Under the pieces are notes generated by a model. It searched no databases, was not told the origin of the DNA, and worked only from the letters and a program-made list of their open reading frames with translations. From NCBI GenBank assembly GCA_024704765.1, contig JAKMXF010000302.1, forward strand, positions 124,001 through 188,000: a stretch of DNA of 64,000 nucleotides, read 5' to 3'. Source of the stretch: Oopsacas minuta. Its lineage: Eukaryota; Animalia; Porifera. The position numbers and the translations under genes are program-made. Of the stretch, positions 26,332 through 37,388 are shown one piece after another (position 1 is the stretch's first letter; every line of letters begins with the position of its first letter).

Positions 26332-26635
26332 TCAAACTTTTACAACCCTTGGGTAGTCTCGCTTGTTTCACAGTGACTTAATCAGACTTTGTCAATCATT
26401 GTAATCACTACCTACTTTAAGCGCATAGCTGGCTTGTAGATTATTGCCTCATCATATTACTTCTATGTAGGAGAACTGTTACTAGACATAATAATTATAT
26501 GACTTTAGATTCTAATTACTAGTTTGAATGTTGTCTATGATTGTTTGTATTATAGTTTAACTAGTATGGGATAATTTGTAACAAGCATTGTGTATATTAG
26601 GGTGTATTCGGTATCTTTACTGTCTGTTATGATAG

Positions 26636-28027
26636 ATGCCTCGTTTCAATGTATCTCTACTACGATACCTCTCTAAGGAAGATTTTCGTGTTTTACATTC
26701 ATTGGAGGTTGGAATGCGTAACCATGAGCTAGTCCCTATGTCCCTTGTATCTGGTATAGCTCAGATCCCACACGGACACATATACAAGATTCTAAGGAAC
26801 CTCTCTCAAAACAATCTTATATCCTACCAACGCAAAAAGCACAGTAAAGTAGAAGGTTACAGATTGACTAATCTCGGCTATGACTATCTTGCTCTTAAAG
26901 CCCTGTCTATGAGAGGAATAATAGCCTCTGTAGGTAATCAAATTGGTAAAGGGAAAGAGTCAGATGTGTATGTTGTAGCGAATAAGGAAGGAGAGCAGCT
27001 GTGTTTAAAAATACACAGATTAGGTAGAATTAGCAGTCGCAATATGACAACCAAGCGTGACTATCTTCATGGCTATCATCACGTGTCTTGGCTTTATCTA
27101 TCTAGAGTTGCTGCGTATAGAGAGTTCTGCTTCCTACAAGAAATGCACAAGATTGGAATACAGGTTCCTAAGCCGATAGATAACAACAGACATTGTGTAG
27201 TTATGCAGTTAATACCAGCCTTTCCCCTCAATCACGTTAAGGAAGTACAAGACCCTATCTCTCTATTCGATAATTTAATTCACATAATAGCACAACTAGC
27301 TGCTGCAGGCTATGTACATGGAGATTTTAATGAATTTAATCTTCTGGTAGATGATGAGGGGATAGTAACCTTGATTGATCTTCCTCAAATGTTACCCTCA
27401 ACTCATCCTCTAGCTAAATCTTATCTGAAACGAGATTTGGACTGTATTAGGGAATTCTTTTGTAAGAGATTTGGTATAAATACTGAGGAGATATCTGTAG
27501 ATAGCATTAAAATGGGAAAAGCCAAGGCGATTAGGGAATTAGAAGGTGAGGTTAATGATGAAATGCTGATAAAACATCTCAGAATAAATCCAGACAATGA
27601 CCTCGATTCGATTCAGAGTGATGAAGATAGCGACGAAGATGATATCGATCTTACTGGGACTAAACAATGTATTGACGAGCAGGCTAGTGCTATAATTGAA
27701 GGAATAGACTCTCTGAATATATCTGATATTAGTCAAAGATTAATTCAAACAGAAGAAGAGATTGGTAAATTTGTTATCGATGAGTTAGAACCTAATTTAA
27801 TTGAAGATTCTAAAGAGAATACTGAATCTACTGATATTCGTTCAGAAGCTAGCTCTGTATTGAGTATTGTGGATATTAAAATGCAAGCAAAATGGAGAGT
27901 TAAGAAGGAATTAATGAAAGAGAAAACTCATCAACGGTCAAGGAGGAAATCCAAAGGTCAAAAGGATCCTAAAGGTAAGGGGAAGAGGTTTAATTCGCAT
28001 GTAACTTCTGATGATTTCTTTATTTAA
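26636..28027 (+). CDS. RIOK2: RIO kinase 2, intronless
   Basis: Winged-helix N-terminus LRYLSKEDFRVL...MRNHELVP, GKGKESDVY, HRLGR, VHGDFNEFN and IDLPQM. Confidence 0.95.
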   Translation: MPRFNVSLLRYLSKEDFRVLHSLEVGMRNHELVPMSLVSGIAQIPHGHIYKILRNLSQNNLISYQRKKHSKVEGYRLTNLGYDYLALKALSMRGIIASVGNQIGKGKESDVYVVANKEGEQLCLKIHRLGRISSRNMTTKRDYLHGYHHVSWLYLSRVAAYREFCFLQEMHKIGIQVPKPIDNNRHCVVMQLIPAFPLNHVKEVQDPISLFDNLIHIIAQLAAAGYVHGDFNEFNLLVDDEGIVTLIDLPQMLPSTHPLAKSYLKRDLDCIREFFCKRFGINTEEISVDSIKMGKAKAIRELEGEVNDEMLIKHLRINPDNDLDSIQSDEDSDEDDIDLTGTKQCIDEQASAIIEGIDSLNISDISQRLIQTEEEIGKFVIDELEPNLIEDSKENTESTDIRSEASSVLSIVDIKMQAKWRVKKELMKEKTHQRSRRKSKGQKDPKGKGKRFNSHVTSDDFFI

Positions 28028-28124
28028 TTTATTGTATTAGCATATTTTAGTGGCATAACTATGATAGAGTTTTTATATACAATATTTGATGTATATTGAG
28101 TAAATATGATACCTTAGTCAGCTT

Positions 28125-31100
28125 ATGAGTTACGATAGTGATGATGATTATGATACACCAATGGAAGATTCCGCTGTAACAGGTTCCATGCTGACACAAA
28201 GCCAGCCGTCTCTATCCGTAATAACAACAGACATACACACTGGAGAGGTATCCTCTGATAGAGACGATGCAGAACAGTTCTCAGAACCTAAGCTTATTGA
28301 TATTCAAGATACAGATGAGAATACTGAAGATAATGTTATTAATATAGAAGTAGCTCCTTCTAGTAGTGAAATAGTTGGTGATGAAGATCCTGAAGTTGTG
28401 AAAGCTAGAGAAAAAGAGAGAATGGAACTCCAGAAGAAATATCAAGAGGAAGCTGCCACGTATTTTCCTGGTTACAAGCCTGATAGTGTGCTAAGATTCC
28501 AGAGTTTATTTGCAGTTAATGTTCCTGCTTCTATATCAGATGTCTGGGAGAGTGCTAGAAAGCCTAAACTCAAGAAAAAACATAAATTCCATCAACACAA
28601 TTTCAGTACTACTACCGAGCCTCCACCTGCTTATCTACCAGATGACGAGATTGAGTTTCTGCGTACATGGTCTGAGGAAAAGTGTAAAGAAATTCAGAAC
28701 GTAGATCCTAATACTCACTTCTCTTCTGGAAAGAAAGGGAATAAACAAGGTAAAAAGGAGAGAGAATTCCCTGAGTGGAGAATAGGTCCTGCTAAGCTAT
28801 TGTTTGATCAATCAGGAATACCTCTAGAAGCCCCTCCCACATATCAGTACAATTTTATACAAAAAGAGCTGAATATGCCAACAAAAAAGTTAGACGAAGT
28901 AAGTGAAGATGAAAAGAAGCCTCCCTCACCAGATCCAGTTCAATTGGGAAGTTCACAGAGTTTAAATCCACACGCTTTTCTTATGATAACTCAGAAGGAT
29001 TGGGAAAACGACGTCATAATTAACCCTGAGAAACAATTAGACAAAGTTTCTAAGGTTAAAGATGGTAGATGGTATACAGAATCTAAAGGAGCCCCAGGAC
29101 ACACAGATGCTAGTTCTGCGAGAGTTGACACACAGTCCTCTCTCACCAGCACAATATTCCCTCCAGAGAATGAGCGACTCGTAAGTGGTGCATGGATTGA
29201 TGATATTGTATGGGATATGTCCTCTTTCAAGCCTCCCAAGCCTCGCCCCATGGTTATTGACCCTCTGGACTCTGAACTAGCTTTTGATCATTTCTTTTCC
29301 CAGTTTTATGATTCAAAATCTCAGAATCTTGTTAAGAAGAAACATTTTCCAGAAGGACATAATGCTAATGACGATATGTTAGATCCAACTACTGATCCGT
29401 TTAATATATCAAATGATGAGTACTATTGTCTGGTGGAAAGTGGTCGTGAGAGGGCACAAGGTGATGCTCTGGGATATGGTACAAAGATTGAACACTCTAT
29501 CCCAGCCAATCAACTTTCTAACACCCTATTTCCTGCTCAACTGACTCCCTACGAGAAGAGAAGATTGCATCGTCCTCAATTCCCTTCTTTGCGGAAACGA
29601 AGTGAGCCTGAATTCAACTGTGTAACGAATTTGATAAGTCATGCTGATGATAAACACAAAGATAGACAGAGGGAAAGAGACGCTAGTGGAGGAGGAGATG
29701 TCTTCTTCATGAGATCATTTGAAGACCTTTCTGCTAAAGATGGGACCCTCATTTTAGGAGAATATTGTGAGGAACATCCACCTTTAATCTCCATGGTAGG
29801 CATGTCATCTCGTATTATCACATACTACAGGAAAGCTCCCAAAGGAAGTGAACCTTCCCATCAGACCCCCTTCCCCTACGGAGACACGTACCCAGCTAAA
29901 CAGCCCCCATTTCTACTAGGCAAATTAGCTCCAGGAACTCGTATATCCACTATTGACAACAAGCTGTTCACCTCCCCAGTATATCTACACAGTGTACCTG
30001 ATACAGACTTCCTACTAATCAGAACTCGTGAAGGAATATTTATACGTAAAGTTCCTGTTATATTTTGTATCGGACAACAAAACCCTAAGGTAGAGGTACC
30101 ACATCCTAACTCGAGGCAAGCTGGTAACATCATGAAGGATCTGTTCCAGGTTAGACTATACAGAATGTTCTTAGCTAATGATGAAGATCCAAAGCGAGTA
30201 AAGATGGAGGCTGTGAACACTGCTTTCCAGCATCTCTCTGAGAACTTTGTTCGTAAAACATTACGTCAATGCTCTGACCTTGTGAAAGCAGGGCCAGATT
30301 TTTCTTGCTGGGTACTGAAACGAGACTTCCGTCTCCCCACAGAAGAAGAGCTCTGTCTTATAATATCACCTGAACAGCTATGCACTTATTACAGCATGCA
30401 GGCTGGTGAGCAGAGACTCAGAGATGCTGGTTACACTGGTACTGCTATCAGTAGTGAAGCAGAGGATGAGGATTCTGATGATGACGTAGCTAAGATTGAG
30501 GATGAGATTATGACTGCTCCATGGCGTACCACTAAACACTACCTAGCTGCTATGCAAGGCAAATACACACTCAATGTAAATGGAATAGCAGATCCTACTG
30601 GCTGTAACCAAGGTTTTGCTTATATGAAAATGCCTAAGAGATCTTCAGCACAAACACCCATGACTCCCCTCACACCTGTGGGTATATCTCCCTCCTTTGG
30701 AGACCGTCCACGAGCTAATATTCGTGGTACAGATGCAGATCTGAGGAAACTAAGAGTCAACGAGGCTCGAGCTGTTCTAAAGACAAAGTTCAATATTCCT
30801 GACTCTGCGCTTAAGGATATGGGAAGATGGAAATGCATTAGGAAACTGATTGAGTTGTCTAATAGTGCTGTTATACAGGGAGATGGAGGAGGCGTTACTA
30901 AATTTGCAAGGGGAGTCAAAGTAACCCAGTCAGAGCAACAGGATAAATACCGCAAAGATTGTCAGAGAATTTTTGACATACAAAACAAGAATTTAACTTC
31001 TCAGGAGATATTAAGTACAGATGAAGATTCGTCTAGTGGCTCAGAAACTGAGATAGAGTTAGCACGTGATTTGGAGAATATTATGTCTGGATCTTCATTA

Positions 31101-32993
31101 CCTGGTCCTAAACCTCAGAGGGACAGAGATGCCGCTATATCTGGTCTGTCTGCTAGACCTAGTTCTTCTCATCGGAGAAAAACTTCTTTTATTTCTGACA
31201 GAGCTACTACCATCGATTCTGATGAGGAATCAGTGGCTAGCAATCAATCTGTAGTGGGAAGAAGACTGTTGATAAAACGTACTTACAGGAAGGATGGTAG
31301 GGAGTACGTAAGACAGGAAATAGTTAAGAATGCTGCGGTTATTGACGCGTATGTTAAGATAAACAAAGAGAAAGGCAACACTTTAAGAGCTCAGCTACAA
31401 GTTGAGAAGGACAAGGAAGATATGAAGCGACAGAAGAGGAAGTTAATGCAACAACTCCGCAGAATTAAGGGTACTGATGGAAAAGAGAGAGTACCAATAA
31501 GATATCCACATATGGAAACACACAAACCATTTAAGAGACCTTATAGGACAGGAGGAAGTGCTCTCTCTAAAGGAATGCTGAGTCCTAGCAAGACTACAAC
31601 CAAGAAGTGCTCAGCTTGTGGAGAGATTGGTCACCTGAGGAGCAATAGATCCTGCACCTTATACGAGAGGAAATCAGGTAGAGGAGGCTATAAGAAGGGT
31701 AGGCTACATGTTGCTATGACAGAAGAGGAACAGGATAAACTAGTAACAGAGTATTTAGGGCTAGAAGACGATCTGGTTAGAGCTGAAGGCGTGAAACTTC
31801 ACTTCAGTAAGAAACTAGTAGATGAAACGAAAAAAGCTTCAAGAGAAGCTCTTAAACTAAACTTCCCTAACGTTAAAACTCCCCTCTCTCAAACTCTCTC
31901 ATATAGTCCTTTAGGCGGGAAACAACGTAAGAGAGTTCAAAGTACATCTTATGAATATCTGAAAACTCCTGAGAAGGTGAAAAGAAGACGCTCTACTCCC
32001 TTATTATCCTTCTATAGCATTCTAGAGGAAGCTTTTAAAGAGGTTGAGATTCTGCCTGGTGTCCCTGAATTTATGGATCCCGTCTCTTCGAAGTTATATC
32101 CTGAATACAGGGTATATGTCAAATCTCCTATGGACCTCAAGACTATAAAAGAGAATATGTCTAACTACCATTATAAGTGTCAAGAAGAATTCATGGAGCA
32201 TATATCTCTCTTGCTACTGAATTCTACTAGATTTAACGGACCAGATCATGAGCTGACTACTGTAGCTGGGACGATTGTGCAAACTTTTAAGGACTGTTTA
32301 GCTTCAAAATCAGTTCGAATTAGAGAACTAGAGTTGGAGATTAATCCAACAATTGAGAAAGATCCTCAAATCTCTATCTCCTTGATATTCAGAGAGATTA
32401 CAAGAGAAATTAGTATGCTCCCTGAAGCTGCTCACTTCATTTATCCTCTCATTGTAGAGGAAGCTCAGGGATACACTGATATAGTGAAAGAGCCTATATT
32501 CCTTATACAGATATACCAGAGCTGTAAGAAACTAAACTACAGATCTAGGGACGAGTTTCTCTCTCGTATCGATCTATTGGTTAATAATTCTCATAATTAC
32601 TACGGAGCTGATCATACTAATACGAAATGTGCAGATATACTACGTCAGCATGGAATGGAATTGTTAGCTAATTACAGTGAGAAGCTCTCTGAATTAGAAC
32701 AAAAAATCCTCCTTCCTCACAGCCCTTCTAACCTGTTAACAGAAACTGTTGTGAGTGGTAACCTTGATGATACCTCAAAAGAGACCACCTTACAGGAAGG
32801 AGAGATTCTTACGGAGACAACTACATTTGATGACACAATAGTAGGATATGATGAATTCGGAGATATGAATCTGAGAGAGGAAGAGATTACAGACGATATT
32901 TCAGAAGATGAAGCTGGTTACTCGTATGATCAAGTTTATCATTCTTCTGATAATGATGATGTGTATGTAGAAGGTGATGAGAGTAACATTTAA
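28125..32993 (+). CDS. TAF1: TFIID subunit 1 (TAF1), 1622 aa, intronless
   Basis: WRIGPAKLLFD, DPFNISNDEYY, LGEYCEEHPPL and GTDADLRKL. Zinc knuckle CSACGEIGHLRSNRSC and two C-terminal bromodomains. Confidence 0.95.
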   Translation: MSYDSDDDYDTPMEDSAVTGSMLTQSQPSLSVITTDIHTGEVSSDRDDAEQFSEPKLIDIQDTDENTEDNVINIEVAPSSSEIVGDEDPEVVKAREKERMELQKKYQEEAATYFPGYKPDSVLRFQSLFAVNVPASISDVWESARKPKLKKKHKFHQHNFSTTTEPPPAYLPDDEIEFLRTWSEEKCKEIQNVDPNTHFSSGKKGNKQGKKEREFPEWRIGPAKLLFDQSGIPLEAPPTYQYNFIQKELNMPTKKLDEVSEDEKKPPSPDPVQLGSSQSLNPHAFLMITQKDWENDVIINPEKQLDKVSKVKDGRWYTESKGAPGHTDASSARVDTQSSLTSTIFPPENERLVSGAWIDDIVWDMSSFKPPKPRPMVIDPLDSELAFDHFFSQFYDSKSQNLVKKKHFPEGHNANDDMLDPTTDPFNISNDEYYCLVESGRERAQGDALGYGTKIEHSIPANQLSNTLFPAQLTPYEKRRLHRPQFPSLRKRSEPEFNCVTNLISHADDKHKDRQRERDASGGGDVFFMRSFEDLSAKDGTLILGEYCEEHPPLISMVGMSSRIITYYRKAPKGSEPSHQTPFPYGDTYPAKQPPFLLGKLAPGTRISTIDNKLFTSPVYLHSVPDTDFLLIRTREGIFIRKVPVIFCIGQQNPKVEVPHPNSRQAGNIMKDLFQVRLYRMFLANDEDPKRVKMEAVNTAFQHLSENFVRKTLRQCSDLVKAGPDFSCWVLKRDFRLPTEEELCLIISPEQLCTYYSMQAGEQRLRDAGYTGTAISSEAEDEDSDDDVAKIEDEIMTAPWRTTKHYLAAMQGKYTLNVNGIADPTGCNQGFAYMKMPKRSSAQTPMTPLTPVGISPSFGDRPRANIRGTDADLRKLRVNEARAVLKTKFNIPDSALKDMGRWKCIRKLIELSNSAVIQGDGGGVTKFARGVKVTQSEQQDKYRKDCQRIFDIQNKNLTSQEILSTDEDSSSGSETEIELARDLENIMSGSSLPGPKPQRDRDAAISGLSARPSSSHRRKTSFISDRATTIDSDEESVASNQSVVGRRLLIKRTYRKDGREYVRQEIVKNAAVIDAYVKINKEKGNTLRAQLQVEKDKEDMKRQKRKLMQQLRRIKGTDGKERVPIRYPHMETHKPFKRPYRTGGSALSKGMLSPSKTTTKKCSACGEIGHLRSNRSCTLYERKSGRGGYKKGRLHVAMTEEEQDKLVTEYLGLEDDLVRAEGVKLHFSKKLVDETKKASREALKLNFPNVKTPLSQTLSYSPLGGKQRKRVQSTSYEYLKTPEKVKRRRSTPLLSFYSILEEAFKEVEILPGVPEFMDPVSSKLYPEYRVYVKSPMDLKTIKENMSNYHYKCQEEFMEHISLLLLNSTRFNGPDHELTTVAGTIVQTFKDCLASKSVRIRELELEINPTIEKDPQISISLIFREITREISMLPEAAHFIYPLIVEEAQGYTDIVKEPIFLIQIYQSCKKLNYRSRDEFLSRIDLLVNNSHNYYGADHTNTKCADILRQHGMELLANYSEKLSELEQKILLPHSPSNLLTETVVSGNLDDTSKETTLQEGEILTETTTFDDTIVGYDEFGDMNLREEEITDDISEDEAGYSYDQVYHSSDNDDVYVEGDESNI

Positions 32994-33094
32994 TGTTTCT
33001 ATTATGAAAATATTGTTACTTATTTGATTTAATTATTAAATAATAATTTTGTAAGCCCTTGAGTTACATATTATTTATACTTTTGTGTTAGCGC

Positions 33095-33964
33095 ATGATG
33101 ACAGCAATATGCAGGAAGGAACTGGCTATATATGTAGTAGATTCATTCAGTGATAATCCCTACAGTGGTAATCCAGCTGCTGTATGTCTGGTTCCGTTTA
33201 CCTGTGAATTAACTAATGAAGACAAACAGAAAATCGCTAGTGAAATGAATCATTCAGAAACTGCATTCATTCAGGAGCTTAACTCTGAGGAAACATTTGA
33301 TAAATCTTCTCAGTTCAATCTGCAATGGTTTACTCCTACATGTGAAGTATCAATGTGTGGACATGCTACTCTAGCATCTGCTTATGTACTATTCACAGAG
33401 AGTCATAACTGTAATAAGGAGATTGCATTCTTTGCGAAATGTGGCTTGTTAACAACTCAATTTACCCCAGAAGGTGCTGTTTCTATGGATTTCCCTCTTG
33501 CAAGTTTGGAGGATATTGAAGCTGAAGAAATATCTGGTATCTTATCAACCATTCTTACTGAGTCTTGGTGTCAACTGGATACCAAATTCTCCTCGCAACT
33601 CAGCAAATTATTAGTTAGACTGCCAGATGATTTCCCTCTTGAATCTCTGAGTTTTGATATTCAAAATCTCTTACAGCATAAGGGAAAGGTTAGAGGAGTT
33701 ATTCTGACACAAAAAGGATTGGATAAATACGACTTTAAATCTCGCTATTTCTCTCCTTGGAATGGAATACCAGAAGACCCTGTAACTGGTTCTGCCCACA
33801 CAGTACTAGCAGCTTACTGGCACTCTGTATTAGGGAAGAGTGAGTTCTTAGCTCGTCAGTGCTCTAAGAGAGGAGGAGATGTTAGGATTCAGCTAATGGA
33901 TAACAATAGAGTAGCTCTATCAGGATATGCTACTCTAGTATTGAAGGGAACTCTGCTTATATAA
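33095..33964 (+). CDS. PBLD: Phenazine biosynthesis-like (PhzF family) protein, intronless
   Basis: VDSF...GNPAAV, EMNHSETAF, WFTPTCEVSMCGHATLASA and EDPVTGSAH. Confidence 0.92.
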   Translation: MMTAICRKELAIYVVDSFSDNPYSGNPAAVCLVPFTCELTNEDKQKIASEMNHSETAFIQELNSEETFDKSSQFNLQWFTPTCEVSMCGHATLASAYVLFTESHNCNKEIAFFAKCGLLTTQFTPEGAVSMDFPLASLEDIEAEEISGILSTILTESWCQLDTKFSSQLSKLLVRLPDDFPLESLSFDIQNLLQHKGKVRGVILTQKGLDKYDFKSRYFSPWNGIPEDPVTGSAHTVLAAYWHSVLGKSEFLARQCSKRGGDVRIQLMDNNRVALSGYATLVLKGTLLI

Positions 33965-34067
33965 AACTTCCTATTTACTTTTACATGTTCATGTGACAAA
34001 TAGTATAAATGTATATTCTTGAGCATCGTCTTAGCCATTAACTAATTGTCTGTATTTGGCTCTAGTT

Positions 34068-35885
34068 ATGTCTGATTACAGACGGCTATCAGATCACTTC
34101 TTAGCAGAGCAAAACACTCTCTTTTCTCATCCTCGCCTCTCCCAACAGATAATAGATTCTCAAATAGACTACTTCTCTAGTGCTCTATCAGATCTGCAGT
34201 CTAGAGCAGGGCAGCTAGCTGAAGAGAATACTCAACTGCATCAGTTATTGGAGGATAGATCACAACCTTCAATAGAGCAATGTTATGAGCAGAAAGAGCC
34301 AATAGATAGAGATATAGCTGTACCAGAAACAGCTGATTCTCCTATTAGGGAGTGTAGCAAACTATTACAGGCTAATCAACAGGCTCACATAGAGACTAGA
34401 CACAAGTTTGGTATGTTTATATATAATATATATTTATATCAATATTTATACTTACTTATACTAATAGGAAACCTATCAACAGAATTGGGCCTCGTGAGAG
34501 AAGAGAATGCATATCTTAAAAGCAAACTAGCTGTAGAAGAGACAGTACATGAATCTCTCCTAACCAGAGTACAACAGCCCTCTCTATGTGCTGTATGCCA
34601 TTCGTCAGAAGCTATATACCCTCTCCCCTCCCAACAGAAGGAATCTGAGAGAGAATCTCTTCTGCGGAAATTAACAGCTGAGAGAGAGGAGTGTATGCGA
34701 CTACTAACAGGTCTCAGAGATACTCTACAATGTGTGAGAGATAGAGAGAAGGAAGCTATAGCTCAGGTTAAGCAGAGTGTAGAGACTACATCATCTGCTA
34801 TAGAAGAGAAAGATCAAGCACTATTACATGCTATAGAGCTAGAGAGAGAAGTTGATAATATTAACAAGAGACAAGAGTCTCTTCTTAGCTCGGCAGGAGA
34901 ACAGCATGAAGTAGAGTTAGAGGGAGTTAGACGTGAGGCTCAGTATAAATATAATGAATTGGAAGCTAGACTGGGACAAGTTAATTCTGACCTTAAGTTA
35001 AGAGATACAGAGCTTATGTCACTGACACAGACTAAACAAGTTCTAGAACGTAAATTGAAATCATCACAATCTGAAAAGTTTGAGGGTGAATCCAAGAGAA
35101 TGCACACAGTCCATGAGCTACGTAGCAAGGTGGGAGTATTGGAAGCTGAGAAATTGAATTTATCAGGGGTTATAGAGAGTATGAGATTAGAACAAGAGAG
35201 TATTGAAGTAATAAGAATACAAGAATTAGCTAGATCTAGACAGGAAATAGAACAACAGAGATCTTATCTGTCTATCTCAAGAGAAGAGAATGTTAAGCTA
35301 AGGGAGCAAACTTTAGAAGCAGAGACAGACAGGAATAAGTTCAAGAATCAAGTACGGAGTCTCAAATACGAGATTGAATCAATGAAAACTAACATACATA
35401 CTCAAGTTTTGAAACTAGATGAAGCTCATAATTACAAGAATTTGAAAATGATTGAAGAGGTACACAAGTTGAAAGATTGTAATGAAATTCTAAGAACAGA
35501 ATTAGAAGAATATCGTGGGAGAGAATCTCAGATTATAACTAATGGTAGAGATGAGTTGAAACGAGTACAGGGTAGGTTGGAGAAAAAGCTTGTGTCTCTA
35601 GATACTGAATTGGGAGGAACGAAAAGCTCTCTTTTACAAATGAAAATGGCTTACACACAGGGTAGTGAAGAAAATGCTGAGTTCAAGAAGAGTTCTGTTG
35701 AGGATAAGAAGTTGATTAGTAAGTTAGAAAACGATCTTAAAACTTTGAAAGGGAAGCGAAAAGAAGATACGAATAAGATTAAGAATTTAATGATGAGAAA
35801 TAATAGCTTGTTACGTGAGAGGCTACAGCTATGTGAAATGCTGGAGCTGTTCTACCAAAAACCTGGAAAGGAAAGAGAGTTTTGA
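34068..35885 (+). CDS. SDCCAG8: SDCCAG8/CCCAP-like centriolar coiled-coil protein, one 57-nt intron (34411-34467)
   Basis: LCAVCHSSEAI followed by RKLTAEREECMRLL...REKEAIAQVKQ...EKDQALL, and C-terminal LMMRNNSLLRERLQLCE, resemble SDCCAG8 as I recall it. Otherwise a long coiled coil. First ATG taken at 34068. Confidence 0.7.
   Translation: MSDYRRLSDHFLAEQNTLFSHPRLSQQIIDSQIDYFSSALSDLQSRAGQLAEENTQLHQLLEDRSQPSIEQCYEQKEPIDRDIAVPETADSPIRECSKLLQANQQAHIETRHKFGMFIYNIYLYQYLYLLILIGNLSTELGLVREENAYLKSKLAVEETVHESLLTRVQQPSLCAVCHSSEAIYPLPSQQKESERESLLRKLTAEREECMRLLTGLRDTLQCVRDREKEAIAQVKQSVETTSSAIEEKDQALLHAIELEREVDNINKRQESLLSSAGEQHEVELEGVRREAQYKYNELEARLGQVNSDLKLRDTELMSLTQTKQVLERKLKSSQSEKFEGESKRMHTVHELRSKVGVLEAEKLNLSGVIESMRLEQESIEVIRIQELARSRQEIEQQRSYLSISREENVKLREQTLEAETDRNKFKNQVRSLKYEIESMKTNIHTQVLKLDEAHNYKNLKMIEEVHKLKDCNEILRTELEEYRGRESQIITNGRDELKRVQGRLEKKLVSLDTELGGTKSSLLQMKMAYTQGSEENAEFKKSSVEDKKLISKLENDLKTLKGKRKEDTNKIKNLMMRNNSLLRERLQLCEMLELFYQKPGKEREF
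35373..35840 (+). repeat. Diverged duplicated segment A (SDCCAG8 3' part); second copy at 36766-37233
   Basis: IESMKTNIHTQVLKLDEAHN...QLCEM versus IESINTSIRTQVLKLEEAHN...QLCDI, colinear at protein and DNA level. Confidence 0.9.
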
Positions 35886-36018
35886 CAATGTTTCCCTTAT
35901 ATATGCGTTGCATTTTTATACCATTTGTGACTTACCTATCCAACTTACTATCTGTACTTCATTTTAAATGTATATATTTTCTTATACGTATTATTATTTT
36001 CTATTTATTCCAATTAGT

Positions 36019-37236
36019 ATGTCTGAAGATCTCAAATTTAATATAAAGAATTCTCCCACAAATATCTCAGACATATGTACATGTGACATAAATACTCCAG
36101 CTGTAAAGGAAGATACAAACAAACCTAACTCTCCACAGAATTCTATTTTTAAAGTTCCTCGGTCTCATCGTAGGTTTTCTCCTTATTCTAGTCCAAGGCC
36201 TGACCCTGTACTCCTTACGTGTGATAGCAAATCTAATATTCCTATTGTCCAACCGATTATTGGATTAAATGAACAGTCAAATGTTTTCAGGATGGAAATC
36301 GCTAAGTTATTCTTCGGTTCTCTTAGCTGTAAGCCTCTGGACAGGTTAGAAGTTGATATTGAATCATTTAAACTTCATATTCAATTCTCTAATAATGATA
36401 ATACTTTTGAACAACTTTTGCATATACAAGCCTGTAATATAGAATCTGTAGAGATAAGGATGTTGATGGATGATGGTTATATCCTTATTAAACCGAAGGC
36501 TGACATAACCATGCAGCTATCTAGTGATCTAAACCTCAATCCTACTGTCCACTTGAACTACTCAGACCCTCAAATAATAAAGCGTTATGTAACTATGTTA
36601 TTTGAGACCAAACAATATCCACTTGATCGCATCCATCTTACATTTAAAACTTTGTTTGATTTTCCTATTATTTTAATGAATAACTCAAGAGACTCTATTT
36701 CCCCAATGCCCCAAGAAAATTTATACTCGCCATCAAAACGTCATCTTTGCAGTACTGACATGGATATTGAATCTATAAACACAAGTATCCGTACTCAGGT
36801 ACTTAAACTGGAGGAAGCTCATAACATCAAGAATATGAGGCTGATTGAAGAAGTGAGAGAATTGAAATATTCTAACCAAGCATTGAAGGCTAAATTCAAC
36901 GAATTGCAAGAACGAGAATCCAAGATTAAATTCAGCAATCAAGAGGAGTTGAAGAGAGTTTGGAGCAAGTTTGAGAAACAGATCTTGACTCTTGATCAAG
37001 AATTTAGAGAAACGAAAACCTCTCTCTTAGATTTAGAAATATCATACATACAGCGTAGTGAAGAAAACGCTGAGTTAAAAAACCGATCAAGAGAGGATAG
37101 GAGAGAGATAAACAAGTTAGAGACTGAATTGAAAACATTGAGAGAGAAGCGAAAAGAAGATTCAGACAATCTCAAAAAGTTAATGACACTTCATAATAGC
37201 TTATTACAGCAAGGATTTCAACTCTGTGATATCTAA
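36019..37236 (+). CDS. Chimeric protein: SENP-derived middle domain fused to an SDCCAG8-derived C-terminal coiled coil
   Basis: 36292-36666 aligns without gaps to SENP 38250-38624 (78/125 aa identical by hand count). 36766-37233 aligns without gaps to SDCCAG8 35373-35840 (80/156 aa). Start taken at ATG 36019; the ORF track's ATG at 35968 reads like spacer sequence. Confidence 0.85.
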   Translation: MSEDLKFNIKNSPTNISDICTCDINTPAVKEDTNKPNSPQNSIFKVPRSHRRFSPYSSPRPDPVLLTCDSKSNIPIVQPIIGLNEQSNVFRMEIAKLFFGSLSCKPLDRLEVDIESFKLHIQFSNNDNTFEQLLHIQACNIESVEIRMLMDDGYILIKPKADITMQLSSDLNLNPTVHLNYSDPQIIKRYVTMLFETKQYPLDRIHLTFKTLFDFPIILMNNSRDSISPMPQENLYSPSKRHLCSTDMDIESINTSIRTQVLKLEEAHNIKNMRLIEEVRELKYSNQALKAKFNELQERESKIKFSNQEELKRVWSKFEKQILTLDQEFRETKTSLLDLEISYIQRSEENAELKNRSREDRREINKLETELKTLREKRKEDSDNLKKLMTLHNSLLQQGFQLCDI

Positions 37237-37388
37237 AAGTCTACAGGATATACCAGGAACTTCGAAGATAATTTTACAACTATTTTACTTACATATCTCA
37301 CTTTTGAATTGTACTTTTCTTATTATACTATTTCTTTATCGAATATATTACTACTTAATTTCAATATTAATCTCTCATCTGCTTTAGA

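Noticed and set aside
34411-34467. MFIYNIYLYQYLYLLILIG segment in the 609-aa ORF as a transmembrane insert
   Set aside because: It is a 57-nt gtatgt...ctaatag intron that happens to be 3n and stop-free.
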